DNA of 64,000 bases, taken from the NCBI GenBank assembly GCA_902826215.1, contig CADEDY010000007.1, positions 23,045 through 87,044 on the forward strand, written 5' to 3'. Positions 52,092 through 61,780 of this stretch are shown in pieces. The position numbers were made by a program, and so were the translations under genes. The notes below the pieces were generated by a model that had not been told where the DNA came from, ran no database searches, and was given only the letters and a program-made list of their open reading frames with translations. Within the stretch, counting starts at the first letter, position 1. Every line of letters begins with the position of its first letter. The stretch is from an uncultured Bacteroidota bacterium. Its GTDB lineage: Bacteria > Bacteroidota > Bacteroidia > Flavobacteriales_F > PHOS-HE28.

Positions 52092-52797
52092 GGACTTCGG
52101 AACGCTCTACCTACTGCCCGTATGGCTCGGTGAACACGGCGGCGTGGAGCAATTGCCCCCGGAGAACCTCGCGATCGCGGAACGCATCACGCTGTATTTC
52201 ACCGAACATGAAAAGACGGCGCGCCACATGCTGCGCCGCATGATCCCTTCCATCGACCTCCCAAGCCTGGTGATGCATCGCTTGGATAAGGACAGCACCT
52301 CTCGTGATGCGGAGGAACTGATCCAATTGCTACGTGATGGACGAGATGCAGCGATCGTGAGCGAAGCAGGTATGCCCGGTATTGCTGACCCGGGCGCTTT
52401 GTTGGTGCATGCAGCTCACCGCGCCGGTGTCGCTGTAGTTCCATTGATCGGCCCGAGTTCACTATTCCTCGCCTTGGCTGCATCCGGATTAAGTGGACAG
52501 CACTTCGCCTTCCATGGCTACTTGCCTGTGAAACCCGGCGAACGGAAGGCGGCGATCAAACGGTTGGAAGCCGATGCGCTGCGAACAGGTGCTGCACAAC
52601 TCTTCATTGAAACACCGTACCGCAACGACGCTATGCTCGCGGAACTCGTGTCGACCTGTTCCCCTAACACGCAACTGACGATCGCAATCGACCTCACCCA
52701 ACCGAACGGATCGGTGAACACCCGGCGCATCGCAGAATGGAAGCGAGCATTGTCCGAACTCGGGAAGCGGCCAGCTGTGTTCATACTCGGTCGTTAG
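52075..52797 (+). CDS. Tetrapyrrole-methylase-fold SAM-dependent methyltransferase (RsmI-related)
   Basis: 240 aa. SEAGMPGIADPG motif and TP_methylase architecture. Confidence 0.7.
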   Translation: MMKRAEDFGTLYLLPVWLGEHGGVEQLPPENLAIAERITLYFTEHEKTARHMLRRMIPSIDLPSLVMHRLDKDSTSRDAEELIQLLRDGRDAAIVSEAGMPGIADPGALLVHAAHRAGVAVVPLIGPSSLFLALAASGLSGQHFAFHGYLPVKPGERKAAIKRLEADALRTGAAQLFIETPYRNDAMLAELVSTCSPNTQLTIAIDLTQPNGSVNTRRIAEWKRALSELGKRPAVFILGR

Positions 52798-53678
52798 CGC
52801 GCTGCGCGAACACCCCGTTCAACCGTCTCCAAACGCACTTCGTAGATCACCGGCGTGTAGGGATCGATGACATTCGGAACCCCCTTCGCCCCGAATGCGA
52901 ACGCGCTGGGGAAAAGGAAACTGCCCGACTGCCCTTCGCGAAGCAGGCTTACCGCCACCTCCAGACCTTGTATCACTTGGTCCTTATCGCCGAAACGGAA
53001 CGAGAGCGGTTCGCCGTTCCGATCAGTATCGTCGAACATGAATCCATCTTCCATCCGCTGGCCGTTATAGGAAATGGTGACGTGGTCCCCTTGCACCACA
53101 CGCGCCGTATCCGCTGCTGTACCAATTATGCTGAAATAGAGATCGCTGGTGCCCCATCGCTGATAACTCATATCACCTTGCGTGCGATAAGCACTGATCA
53201 AACGCTGTTCAAAGCCCAAGGGATCATTCCGTCGGAATCGTTCTTGCTCTGCGTGGAACATGGCTGGTGTCCGCAAGGCGATCATCGCAACCTCCACCTG
53301 GATCATGCCCGTATCGGGGATCTCCACTTCCATTCCCCCGACGATCACCGACCATGGCCACGCTTTGGCCGGTGCGATCACGCTCATGCTGTCGCCTTCG
53401 TGCATGCGACGAAGCACGGGAGAAAATGCTTCTGATCGTAGATCCTTCACCGCGAAAAGACCTTCCGTACTGAACAACTCCCCAACACCTCCGCCGCGCC
53501 AACCCATCCGCAACCGAACGCGCACACTGTCGCTATCTGTAGCGATCATGGATCCATCGCCGAGTGCCAAGTAGTGAAGGTGAACGTTATCCGCCAACCG
53601 CTTGTAGCCGTCGTACGGCGAACGTTGGCAGGACGTGAGGATCAGAAGAACACCGAAAAGAAAGAAACCGGTTCTCAT
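52794..53678 (-). CDS. FKBP-type peptidyl-prolyl isomerase lipoprotein
   Basis: 294 aa. Lipoprotein signal LILTSC. C-terminal FKBP core VTISYNGQRMEDGFMFDDT...VIQGLEVAV..PSAFAFG. Confidence 0.8.
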   Translation of the reverse strand: MRTGFFLFGVLLILTSCQRSPYDGYKRLADNVHLHYLALGDGSMIATDSDSVRVRLRMGWRGGGVGELFSTEGLFAVKDLRSEAFSPVLRRMHEGDSMSVIAPAKAWPWSVIVGGMEVEIPDTGMIQVEVAMIALRTPAMFHAEQERFRRNDPLGFEQRLISAYRTQGDMSYQRWGTSDLYFSIIGTAADTARVVQGDHVTISYNGQRMEDGFMFDDTDRNGEPLSFRFGDKDQVIQGLEVAVSLLREGQSGSFLFPSAFAFGAKGVPNVIDPYTPVIYEVRLETVERGVRAAR

Positions 53679-54196
53679 GGACGATCCGTGACCGCGACAA
53701 GACCGATACGATACACCACGGTGCTGCGCATGGGGATCCTGTCCTGATCACCGATCAAGCCATGCGCGCGATACGATGGTATCACGACCAAGGCACTATC
53801 ACCCGGGCTCATCAATTGGATGGCCTCGTGCAAACCGCTCTCCACTTGATCCATCTCGACCACGAAGGATTCAGGTCTACCTGGCTCGGTGCTGTACGCC
53901 GTGTCTCCATTGAGCAGTTCCACCACGTAGTTCACCTTGGCCCATTGATCCGGGCGGGCCACCTGACCTTCTGCATTCCGCACGAAGAGCAGCCTTACAC
54001 CCGTTGACGACTTAGTCAACGCCAGTCCGTTCCGTTCCGCGTACAGATCGATGTCCCGTTCTTCCAAGCGGATCGCATCCATGTTCTCCTTCACCAATTC
54101 ATCCGGCGTTGGCATGGTGCCATGCCGCACTGGAGCTCGACCATCGCCACCGCAGGAAACCGCAGCTCCAAGAATGATGGCTCCTAGGATCTTCAT
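53675..54196 (-). CDS. gldI: GldI-like FKBP-type lipoprotein
   Basis: 173 aa. Lipobox AAVSCG. Degenerate FKBP core (..VNYVVELLNGD....VESGLHEAIQLMSPGDSALVVIPS..AHG). The size and lipoprotein nature match GldI, but the symbol is tentative. Confidence 0.55.
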   Translation of the reverse strand: MKILGAIILGAAVSCGGDGRAPVRHGTMPTPDELVKENMDAIRLEERDIDLYAERNGLALTKSSTGVRLLFVRNAEGQVARPDQWAKVNYVVELLNGDTAYSTEPGRPESFVVEMDQVESGLHEAIQLMSPGDSALVVIPSYRAHGLIGDQDRIPMRSTVVYRIGLVAVTDRP

Positions 54197-55218
54197 GCAG
54201 GATGCGCTGCGAGGAAAGCAGGTAACAAGGACATGAAACGCTCCACAGTAAGGTGCAAAGGTTGATCGGACCGACCTCCTGCCGCGTTCGCATGTCCACC
54301 ACCGTTGAAATTCTCCTTCAGGAACCGATCAACCGGGAGGTCGCCTTTGGATCGCAAGCTGATCTTCACCATATCCGGACGTTCGATGAAGAACGCAGCA
54401 AGGCGCATACCTTGTATGGACAGTCCATAGTTCACGAAGCCCTCGGTGTCGCCTGTCTTGAATTTGAACTGGTCCAGATCCTCTTTGCTCAGGCCGATCA
54501 GTACAGTACGGTGCTCTGGCAACACGGTCATTCGTTCACTTAACGCAAATCCAAGCAAACGCAAACGCTCCGCACTGTTGGTGTCGGACAGAGCACCATG
54601 GATCCGGTCAATCTCAACCCCATGCTCCAACAGCGCTGCAGCCACGCGCATGGTGTGCGGTGTGGTACTGCGGTATCGGAACGAACCCGAATCGGTGACC
54701 ATGCCCGTGTAGAGGCAGGTGGCCGCATCCACGCCAATGTGCTCGCCAAGTCCCAAAGCCTGAATGATGTCGAACACCATTTGGCAGGTACTGCTCGCCA
54801 CGATGTCGGAGAACATCGGATCGGCGAAATCCCCTGGTTCCTGGTGATGATCGATCAGCACCTTCATCGATGCACCGCGAACGGCTTCCTCCAACCCACC
54901 GATGCGATCCAACTGATTGAAGTCCAAACAGAACACGATGTCGCTGGTGCGGATCGTGCTCAACGAGGCATCAGGCGATCGATCGAAGCAGAGCACTTCC
55001 TTCCTACCGGGTACAAAGTCCAGAAAATCCGCTGGTGTATTGGGAAGAACGACATGCACCGCGTGCCCAGCGGCTCGCAACACGTGCATGAACCCTAGGC
55101 TGGAACCGATCGCATCCCCATCCGGATTATAGTGCGATACGATCGCAATTCGCCTGGGATGAGCGAGCAACGCTTGAAGCTTGGCCAAGGGAACCGATGG
55201 AACGAGCTGGTCTGACAT
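54193..55218 (-). CDS. nrnA: DHH-family phosphoesterase (NrnA-type oligoribonuclease/pAp phosphatase)
   Basis: 341 aa. DGDAIGS, LIDHHQ and GGGHANAAGG (DHHA1) motifs. Confidence 0.85.
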   Translation of the reverse strand: MSDQLVPSVPLAKLQALLAHPRRIAIVSHYNPDGDAIGSSLGFMHVLRAAGHAVHVVLPNTPADFLDFVPGRKEVLCFDRSPDASLSTIRTSDIVFCLDFNQLDRIGGLEEAVRGASMKVLIDHHQEPGDFADPMFSDIVASSTCQMVFDIIQALGLGEHIGVDAATCLYTGMVTDSGSFRYRSTTPHTMRVAAALLEHGVEIDRIHGALSDTNSAERLRLLGFALSERMTVLPEHRTVLIGLSKEDLDQFKFKTGDTEGFVNYGLSIQGMRLAAFFIERPDMVKISLRSKGDLPVDRFLKENFNGGGHANAAGGRSDQPLHLTVERFMSLLPAFLAAHPA

Positions 55219-55271
55219 GGAACGGCCCCGCTGGCATCAGCGGGGCCGCAAATGTAGTTGTAGGACATTGG

Positions 55272-55892
55272 TCAGCGTGGTTCGAAACCGAGCGAAGGCG
55301 TCGGCATGTGCTCGATCAGGATCCCGACGCACCCGATATCATTGGTCTCGCCGTTCTTCTTTGGCTTGGCCTCGCTATTGCCGGCAGCGATCACTTCAAC
55401 AGCGATCCGCTTCGTTGCGGTGCAGGAAAACTCCACTTCGGTAGCCATATCGTTGGACGTATTGTCCCACAACACCTTCTCCTCCTCTTGGAATACGCGT
55501 CGATTCTTCTTGGTCTTCACCTCTTGCGTAGTTCCCGTCGGTTTCCCATCCGCGTCCAGGATCGGCTGCATCACCGTTTCCTCCACCACTTCATCGTACG
55601 GCACGCGCACCTTCTCCACCAAGCGGATGGCGATATCCTCACCGAGGATCTTCTCGTCGTGGCTCACCGATATCCGATAGTCCTGGCCTCGGTAGATGAT
55701 GATGTTGAGCTCGGTTTCCTTGCCCACTTGCACCATGGCGCTCTTGCTCTGTCCATTCTCCGAGAACCGCTTGTCGCTGGACGGGTTCCCATTGAACTTG
55801 TGGTAGTCGGCGCACTTGTATTGAGCGGTGACCGACACGCTGCACACGAGCAACGCTGAAGTGGCCACGAGGGATCGAATGATGTGCTTCAT
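55272..55892 (-). CDS. Hypothetical secreted protein
   Basis: 206 aa from the internal ATG (signal MKHIIRSLVATSALLVCSVSVTAQ). Confidence 0.5.
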   Translation of the reverse strand: MKHIIRSLVATSALLVCSVSVTAQYKCADYHKFNGNPSSDKRFSENGQSKSAMVQVGKETELNIIIYRGQDYRISVSHDEKILGEDIAIRLVEKVRVPYDEVVEETVMQPILDADGKPTGTTQEVKTKKNRRVFQEEEKVLWDNTSNDMATEVEFSCTATKRIAVEVIAAGNSEAKPKKNGETNDIGCVGILIEHMPTPSLGFEPR

Positions 55893-55905
55893 GCAAGGTT
55901 TCGGG

Positions 55906-56799
55906 TTAGGCATTCGTCTTGTCTTCCGGAGCGATCATGCGGGCACGCAGGTCATCCACGGCATTCACGAGCGCTTGGTACTTGTCTTTCGTCAGGTCCA
56001 TTTGAACATCATCACCAAGGATCATACGACCACTGGTAGAGGCACCTTCATGGGCCACCCGCTTCACATCCACTTGATCATAGATATCGCGTATGGCCAT
56101 GAGCTCCTTCATCATGGCCGACACTTCAGGCTCCGTTTCCATGGGCTCCATCATCTGCAACAAATGCTCCAAGGTCACCTTTTGCTCCCCCACCCGCGCC
56201 AACAAAGCTGGATCATTCTTGGCCCCTTCGATCTGGCGCGTCAACAAGTGCATGCTTTCGACCCATCCACCGGCGAGCACCAAAGAGAGCACAGGCCCCA
56301 TCTGCTCATCCTGCAATTTGGCGTAGGACTTGGCGTAGGCATCGTTGCTGATCATTTCCAATGAATCACCGCGTGTGAGGTTCGCTTCCAACCGCACGAA
56401 GTCCGCGTCAGAAAAGGCTGAAGCCACACCCAGACCATCGGCCAACTTCTTACAGGTCAGGTAGTATCGCGCCACTTCCACGTTCATCTTGAAGTAGCTG
56501 GCGAACACGAGATCCGTGGAATACACCCCGAAATTGAAGGCCCTGCTCTTTAAGCTCACGTATCGGTCCACATTGCTGGCCGGGTTCAACAGCCGTTTCT
56601 GTCCCGCACCGGCCAGGTCACGCACCAAACTGAACAATTCGTTCGGCGTGGGCATCTGGTACATGCTCGAAACAGAGGTTTCGGTGCCCTCACCACCAAT
56701 GACCAGAGCAGGTTCTTTTTCCTGAGCGGGCTTGTCACCCGAGCCACAGGAGGTGACCAAGGCGGCCATCAGGGTAAAGGAGAGGACTTCGGCTTTCAT
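55906..56799 (-). CDS. Hypothetical lipoprotein, mostly alpha-helical
   Basis: 297 aa. Lipobox LVTSCG. No motif recognised. Confidence 0.55.
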   Translation of the reverse strand: MKAEVLSFTLMAALVTSCGSGDKPAQEKEPALVIGGEGTETSVSSMYQMPTPNELFSLVRDLAGAGQKRLLNPASNVDRYVSLKSRAFNFGVYSTDLVFASYFKMNVEVARYYLTCKKLADGLGVASAFSDADFVRLEANLTRGDSLEMISNDAYAKSYAKLQDEQMGPVLSLVLAGGWVESMHLLTRQIEGAKNDPALLARVGEQKVTLEHLLQMMEPMETEPEVSAMMKELMAIRDIYDQVDVKRVAHEGASTSGRMILGDDVQMDLTKDKYQALVNAVDDLRARMIAPEDKTNA

Positions 56800-56895
56800 C
56801 GATCGTGGTGGGATTGGTGGTGCGCACGAGCGCGGCGACTGCTACGGGGTACGAAGGAATAATGTTCAGATGCGCTTGGCTATGCATGAAGCGTT

Positions 56896-56903
56896 TATTT
56901 TTG
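56896..56903 (+). promoter_or_regulatory. Bacteroidetes-type -7 promoter element for ndk
   Basis: TATTTTTG matches TAnnTTTG 8/8, 53 nt upstream of the ndk ATG. Confidence 0.35.
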
Positions 56904-56955
56904 CGCGGCTTTTTCAACAACCAACGTTCAATCGGCCGGGATCGGCCCCCTAAGT

Positions 56956-57372
56956 ATGACGAACAGGACCTTTACGATGATCAAACCAGAGGCCGTGGCT
57001 GCTGGGCACGCGGGCAAGATCATCGATATGATCATCGAGAACGGCTTCCGGATCATTGCTTTGAAGTATACCCGCCTTTCCGCCGAAGAGGCAGGCCATT
57101 TCTACGAAGTACACAAGGAACGCCCCTTCTACGGCGAACTCGTGGACTACATGGCCAGCGGGCCCATCTTCGCCGCGATCCTGGAGAAGGACAATGCCGT
57201 TGAGGATTTTCGGAAATTGATCGGTGCAACTGACCCAGCGCAGGCCGAAGAAGGCACGATCCGCAAGCGCTTCGCGGAGAGCAAGGCAAAGAATGCTTGC
57301 CACGGCAGTGACAGTGACGATAATGCCGCCATCGAAGGGAACTACTTCTTCAGCGGCCGCGAACGTTTCTAG
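56956..57372 (+). CDS. ndk: Nucleoside-diphosphate kinase
   Basis: 138 aa. [10 protein letters not shown]... and active-site NACHGSDS. Confidence 0.95.
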   Translation: MTNRTFTMIKPEAVAAGHAGKIIDMIIENGFRIIALKYTRLSAEEAGHFYEVHKERPFYGELVDYMASGPIFAAILEKDNAVEDFRKLIGATDPAQAEEGTIRKRFAESKAKNACHGSDSDDNAAIEGNYFFSGRERF

Positions 57373-57390
57373 TCCGACCGAAGTTCGAAC

Positions 57391-57434
57391 AAGGGCAGTG
57401 GGCTGGTATCCAGCGTACTGCCCTTCTTCTTTTG
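57391..57434 (+). terminator. Rho-independent terminator after ndk (bidirectional hairpin)
   Basis: AAGGGCAGT...ACTGCCCTT, a perfect 9-bp stem with an inner GCTGG/CCAGC stem, followed by CTTCTTCTTTT. Confidence 0.6.
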
Positions 57435-57442
57435 AGCACAGT

Positions 57443-57733
57443 TCACTCCAGAACGATCTCCTGCACCACTTTGCGGCCTGCTCGCTTGTTCAGGACCTCC
57501 ACCAAGGTCTCCCGCATGTAGGTCAATTCTTGACGAAGTGGCGCAGAATCCACTTTGATGTTGAGGCGGCCGCGACGCAAACGAACACTCACGGTGTGCC
57601 GTGCGACCATGCCCCCGACCACATCGTCCCATGCGGTGGTGATGTCCAGTTCGTCCATCTTCTCGCGCAGACCGAACGCGTCGATGAACTGGTCCATGGC
57701 CGAACTAAGCGACTGTTCGTTCGATCGTTTCAC
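57443..57733 (-). CDS. DUF721 (DciA-like) protein
   Basis: 96 aa directly downstream of recF. ..W..VVG..VARHT..V.L..G.L.I.VDS... fits the DUF721 pattern. Confidence 0.7.
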   Translation of the reverse strand: MKRSNEQSLSSAMDQFIDAFGLREKMDELDITTAWDDVVGGMVARHTVSVRLRRGRLNIKVDSAPLRQELTYMRETLVEVLNKRAGRKVVQEIVLE

Positions 57734-58838
57734 TGGAGATGGGTTTACCGTGGTCCAAATGGAAGAAGCGCACGTCGAGGTCCAGCCCGTCCAACGCCGT
57801 GTGCAAGCGGCGTGCGTCGGTGTCGGTGATGAGCACTTGCCCGAAACGCTGATCGCTCAAGAGCTTCAACAAGTGGCGCATACGTTGCGGATCGATCTTG
57901 TCGAAGATATCGTCCAATAGAAGGATAGGTCGAACGCCGCTGCGCTGCTGGGTCAGGTCGAACTGGGCCAGTTTCAAGGCGATCAAGTAGGTCTTCTGCT
58001 GGCCTTGTGATCCGTATCGTTTCAGGGGTTGATCGTTGATGGTGAAGACCAGATCGTCCTTGTGGATGCCTTGGGTGGTGTGCTGGGCGATGCGATCCCG
58101 ATCCCACGCTTGCGCGAGCAATTCGCGCAAAGTGGCCTCGTGCAGCGCCGAACGGTACTCCAACGCGACCTGCTCGGGACCAGCACTGATGCCGTTATAA
58201 TGTGAAACCAGAAGAGGCACCATGTCCTGCATGAAGGCCTTGCGCACCTCGTGCACGGTGGTGCCTGTTGCGATCAGTTGCTCGTCCCACGGCTCCAGCG
58301 CTTCCAAACTCCCTCCTCCGCGTTCAGCGAATTGCTTCAGGGCCGCGTTCCGCTGGGTCAATGTCCGGTTGTATCGGATCAAGGCTTCCAAGTAGCCCCG
58401 ATCGAACTGCGCGATCAATCCATCCAAGAACCGTCGGCGCACCTCGGAACCATCCAGGATCAATTGGCCATCGTACGGGGTGATCATCACCACCGGGTAG
58501 CGCCCCACGTGATCGGCCAAGCGGTCATACTCTTTCCGGTTGCGGCTCAGGACCTTCCGCTGCCCTGCTCGTACGCTACAGAGAATGGCGTCTTCCCCGG
58601 CTTCGGTGTGCATCATCCCTTGGACCATGAAGAGTTCCTCGCCGTGCAGGATGTTGTGGACATCCACCGGGTCGAAGTAGCTCTTTCCCAAGGATAAATA
58701 GTGCACGGCATCCAACAAGTTGGTCTTGCCCACGCCGTTGGGCCCTATGAAGCAGTTCACCTCCGGGCCCAACTCGGCCTCCACCTCGCGGTGGTTGCGG
58801 AAATGCAGGGCATTCAAACGGGACAGGTGAAAGCTCAT
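57705..58838 (-). CDS. recF: DNA replication/repair protein RecF
   Basis: 377 aa from the internal ATG. Walker A GPNGVGKTNLLDA and LLLDDIFDKID Walker B/D-loop. Confidence 0.93.
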   Translation of the reverse strand: MSFHLSRLNALHFRNHREVEAELGPEVNCFIGPNGVGKTNLLDAVHYLSLGKSYFDPVDVHNILHGEELFMVQGMMHTEAGEDAILCSVRAGQRKVLSRNRKEYDRLADHVGRYPVVMITPYDGQLILDGSEVRRRFLDGLIAQFDRGYLEALIRYNRTLTQRNAALKQFAERGGGSLEALEPWDEQLIATGTTVHEVRKAFMQDMVPLLVSHYNGISAGPEQVALEYRSALHEATLRELLAQAWDRDRIAQHTTQGIHKDDLVFTINDQPLKRYGSQGQQKTYLIALKLAQFDLTQQRSGVRPILLLDDIFDKIDPQRMRHLLKLLSDQRFGQVLITDTDARRLHTALDGLDLDVRFFHLDHGKPISSETIERTVA

Positions 58839-58979
58839 GGACGGCCGCAAAGGTAACCGCACGGGATGGGTGGCCGGGATGCGCAGCGACACGAGTTCAC
58901 AGGGCAGTTCTGATAACCGGATACAGGCCTGTAGCTCAAGTCGGTAAAAGGTCTACTTTTGCCGCTCCTTAGCCCGACC

Positions 58980-59681
58980 ATGAGCAACAAGATCAATCCC
59001 CACGAGGCGTCTTCAACGGCGACCAAGGACGTGGACCTCGGTGAAGTGTACTCGCGAACAGAAATGTTCATCGAGGACAACAAGAAAGGCCTCACCATCG
59101 CAGCGGTGGCCATCCTCGTGCTGGTGGGTTTCATGATGGCCTACAAGAAATTCATTGCCGAGCCGAATGCCAAGGCTGCTGCTGAGGTGATGTGGAAGGC
59201 CGAATACTACTTCGAGATCGACTCCTTGGATCGTGCCTTGAACGGTGACGACCAGTGGCCCGGATTTGCCAGCATTGCGGACGAGTACAGCAGTACTCCG
59301 AGCGGCAACCTGGCCAATTACTACCTCGGTGCCATCTACATGCAGAAGGGCGAATACGAAATGGCGTTGGAGCATTACAAGAAGGCCGATCTGGATGATG
59401 ATGTCCTGAGCGTGATGGCCGTCGGCAACCAAGGCGATGCTCTCGTGGAACTGGGCCGGACCGATGAGGCTGTGAAGCTCTTCGAGAAGGCTGCAGGCAT
59501 GAGGAACAACGAGTTCACCACGCCGATGTACCTGATGAAGGCCGGTATCTTGCACCAACAAGCAGCCAATTGGAGTGCTGCAGCCAAGGCCTTCAACCGG
59601 GTGGCCAAGGAGTTCCCTTCCAATACCGACGCGAACACGGCGAAGAAATACGCCGGACACGCTGAAGCAATGGGCGGATAG
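58980..59681 (+). CDS. Membrane-anchored TPR-like protein (YfgM-like)
   Basis: 233 aa from the internal ATG. Single TM (LTIAAVAILVLVGFMMA) followed by TPR-like helices. Confidence 0.65.
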   Translation: MSNKINPHEASSTATKDVDLGEVYSRTEMFIEDNKKGLTIAAVAILVLVGFMMAYKKFIAEPNAKAAAEVMWKAEYYFEIDSLDRALNGDDQWPGFASIADEYSSTPSGNLANYYLGAIYMQKGEYEMALEHYKKADLDDDVLSVMAVGNQGDALVELGRTDEAVKLFEKAAGMRNNEFTTPMYLMKAGILHQQAANWSAAAKAFNRVAKEFPSNTDANTAKKYAGHAEAMGG

Positions 59682-59687
59682 TCTGCC

Positions 59688-60170
59688 ATGGCAACGGCCA
59701 CACACCATCTTTCCGAATACGACCCGACCAGCGTCCCCAGTGGCGCTGGTCGTCGTTTCGCCCTTGTCGTCAGTGAATGGAACCTCGCCATAACCGATGC
59801 CTTACGCCACGGTGCGAAGGAGACGCTTATGAAACACGGCGTTGCCGAACAGGACATCACCGAGGTATGGGTGCCTGGTAGTTTCGAACTGGCAAGCGGG
59901 GCCCAGTTCCTTCTGGAAAAAGGGGGGCTGCACGGGGTTGTTTGCCTCGGAAGTGTGGTGCGCGGCGAAACCCCGCATTTCGATTTCGTGTGCCAAGGCG
60001 CTACGCAAGGGATCATGGCCGTGGGCCTGAAGTTCAGTGTACCCGTGATCTTCGGTCTGCTCACGGATGATACCATGGAGCAAGCACAGGATCGGAGCGG
60101 TGGCAAGCACGGCAATAAGGGCGTTGATTGTGCCGTCGCCGCGTTGAAGATGGCCGCCTTGAAGGGCTGA
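59688..60170 (+). CDS. ribH: 6,7-dimethyl-8-ribityllumazine synthase
   Basis: 160 aa. FALVVSEWN..I...L..GA, VWVPGSFELA and GSVVRGETPHFDFV motifs. Confidence 0.95.
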   Translation: MATATHHLSEYDPTSVPSGAGRRFALVVSEWNLAITDALRHGAKETLMKHGVAEQDITEVWVPGSFELASGAQFLLEKGGLHGVVCLGSVVRGETPHFDFVCQGATQGIMAVGLKFSVPVIFGLLTDDTMEQAQDRSGGKHGNKGVDCAVAALKMAALKG

Positions 60171-60229
60171 ACATCCTTCGATCGTCGAGAATGCGTGATC
60201 TTCGTCGTCCGATCATCGGACATTTCGCC

Positions 60230-60874
60230 ATGCGGAACGCCATACTTCTTCTCCTCCTACTACCGATTTCCGTGGTTGCACAACAAACCCGTTCGGGGCC
60301 TAGGGCCGGGCTTGCACTGGCTACCATCTCCGGTGGCCAATTGCTTCAATGGAACGGGTTGCCGAAGGTCGGTCCTATCGCCGGCTGGGCTTGGGACATT
60401 CCTTGGACCCGCCAAGCCTCCTTCCTGATCGAGCCGATGTACATGAGCAAGGGAAGCCTCACGCAGAACGCCCAACAGAATACGTGGACGAAGGTGCGCC
60501 TCGGCTATCTCGAACTGCCCATTGCCATCAAACTCAGTTTGGATACGGTACCCGGTGGCATTTTCCTGACCGGAGGCGTCATCGGTGGGTACTGGATCAA
60601 TGGGCGCCAAGTGGTGAAGCAGAACGGCAACGTCACTTATGACCAGAAGTACGACCTGAGCTATACCACTAAACGGCAACAGGTCAGCGTGGCGGTCGGC
60701 CTCGGGTGGGACAAGAAGAACACCGCTTTCGAAGTGCGCGCACAGACCAGCGTAACGCCTTTCTCCACTGTTATTCGCGGACAGAACCTGGTGGTGGGCT
60801 TGCACTTCACCTACTACATCCCGAAGAAGAGCAACAAGCCGAAGAAGACTTCCGAGGAGGACGAAGGGAATTGA
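60230..60874 (+). CDS. Outer-membrane beta-barrel protein (PorT/OprF-N-like fold)
   Basis: 214 aa from the internal ATG (signal MRNAILLLLLLPISVVAQQ). Alternating strands. Lys-rich tail. Confidence 0.6.
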   Translation: MRNAILLLLLLPISVVAQQTRSGPRAGLALATISGGQLLQWNGLPKVGPIAGWAWDIPWTRQASFLIEPMYMSKGSLTQNAQQNTWTKVRLGYLELPIAIKLSLDTVPGGIFLTGGVIGGYWINGRQVVKQNGNVTYDQKYDLSYTTKRQQVSVAVGLGWDKKNTAFEVRAQTSVTPFSTVIRGQNLVVGLHFTYYIPKKSNKPKKTSEEDEGN

Positions 60875-60895
60875 ACCTAGGCGCTATTTTGTCGC

Positions 60896-61540
60896 ATGGC
60901 TTTCACCACCACCTCCATCGAAGGGCGCACTTCTTTCGCAGAGAACACCTTGCTGAAGGTCTATATCGGGATCTTCCTGCTCGTTTGGATCTGGACCTTC
61001 CTCGGCACAACGGACCATGCGAACTGGGTCACCGAGAATGTGCTTACCGTGATCTTCGTCGGTGGCCTATGCCTCAGCTACCGCAAGTTCCGCTTCAGTG
61101 ATCTCAGCTACGCCCTGATGTTCGTCTACATCCTCTTGCACATCTACGGTGCCATGTATACGTACGCGGAGAATCCCTTCGGCTATTGGCTGCAGGATCG
61201 CGTGCAGGGTGAACGCAACCACTACGATCGCATCGTGCATTTCAGCTTCGGCTTCCTGTTGGCCTACCCCATGCGCGACTATTTCAAGAACCACTTCGGA
61301 TGGCCGAACTGGGTATGCTGGGTTCTTCCTGTGGAGATCACGCTCAGTTTCAGCGGCGCGTACGAATTGATCGAATGGGCCGTGGCCGATGTGTTCTTTC
61401 CCGCGCAAGGTGCCGCCTACCTCGGATCACAAGGCGATATCTGGGATGCCCAGAAGGACATGGCTCTAGCGTTCAGTGGAGCGTCCATTTCGATGGTGAT
61501 GGCGAGTACTCTCCGACGTCTGTCATCAAGCCGCACTTGA
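60896..61540 (+). CDS. DUF2238 (YjdF-like) inner-membrane protein
   Basis: 214 aa. ..NWVTENVLTVIFVG...FRFSDLSYALMFVYILLHIYGAMYTY.. pattern. Confidence 0.75.
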   Translation: MAFTTTSIEGRTSFAENTLLKVYIGIFLLVWIWTFLGTTDHANWVTENVLTVIFVGGLCLSYRKFRFSDLSYALMFVYILLHIYGAMYTYAENPFGYWLQDRVQGERNHYDRIVHFSFGFLLAYPMRDYFKNHFGWPNWVCWVLPVEITLSFSGAYELIEWAVADVFFPAQGAAYLGSQGDIWDAQKDMALAFSGASISMVMASTLRRLSSSRT

Positions 61541-61780
61541 TCAAGAAGGGGGAAGAAGCGATACCAAGAGCAAGGAGCATATCGCAACTGCATGTACACC
61601 AAGAACAACGCCAACGAGTAGGTTGCGCCTCCCTCTTCGGCCGGACCGATAGGCTAAAACGGTCTGATATAGACCATAGATCACTGCGCATATCCCGAGC
61701 AGCAATTGAACAAGAATGAACCATGCTGTGCGATGGACCCAAGGCGTATACTCATGTGCGGTAGGCACCAGTCTCGCCAT
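61541..61780 (-). CDS. Small 2-TM hypothetical protein
   Basis: 79 aa with two hydrophobic helices. Overlaps the upstream small ORF by 29 nt in another frame. Lower GC than its surroundings. Confidence 0.35.
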   Translation of the reverse strand: MARLVPTAHEYTPWVHRTAWFILVQLLLGICAVIYGLYQTVLAYRSGRRGRRNLLVGVVLGVHAVAICSLLLVSLLPPS

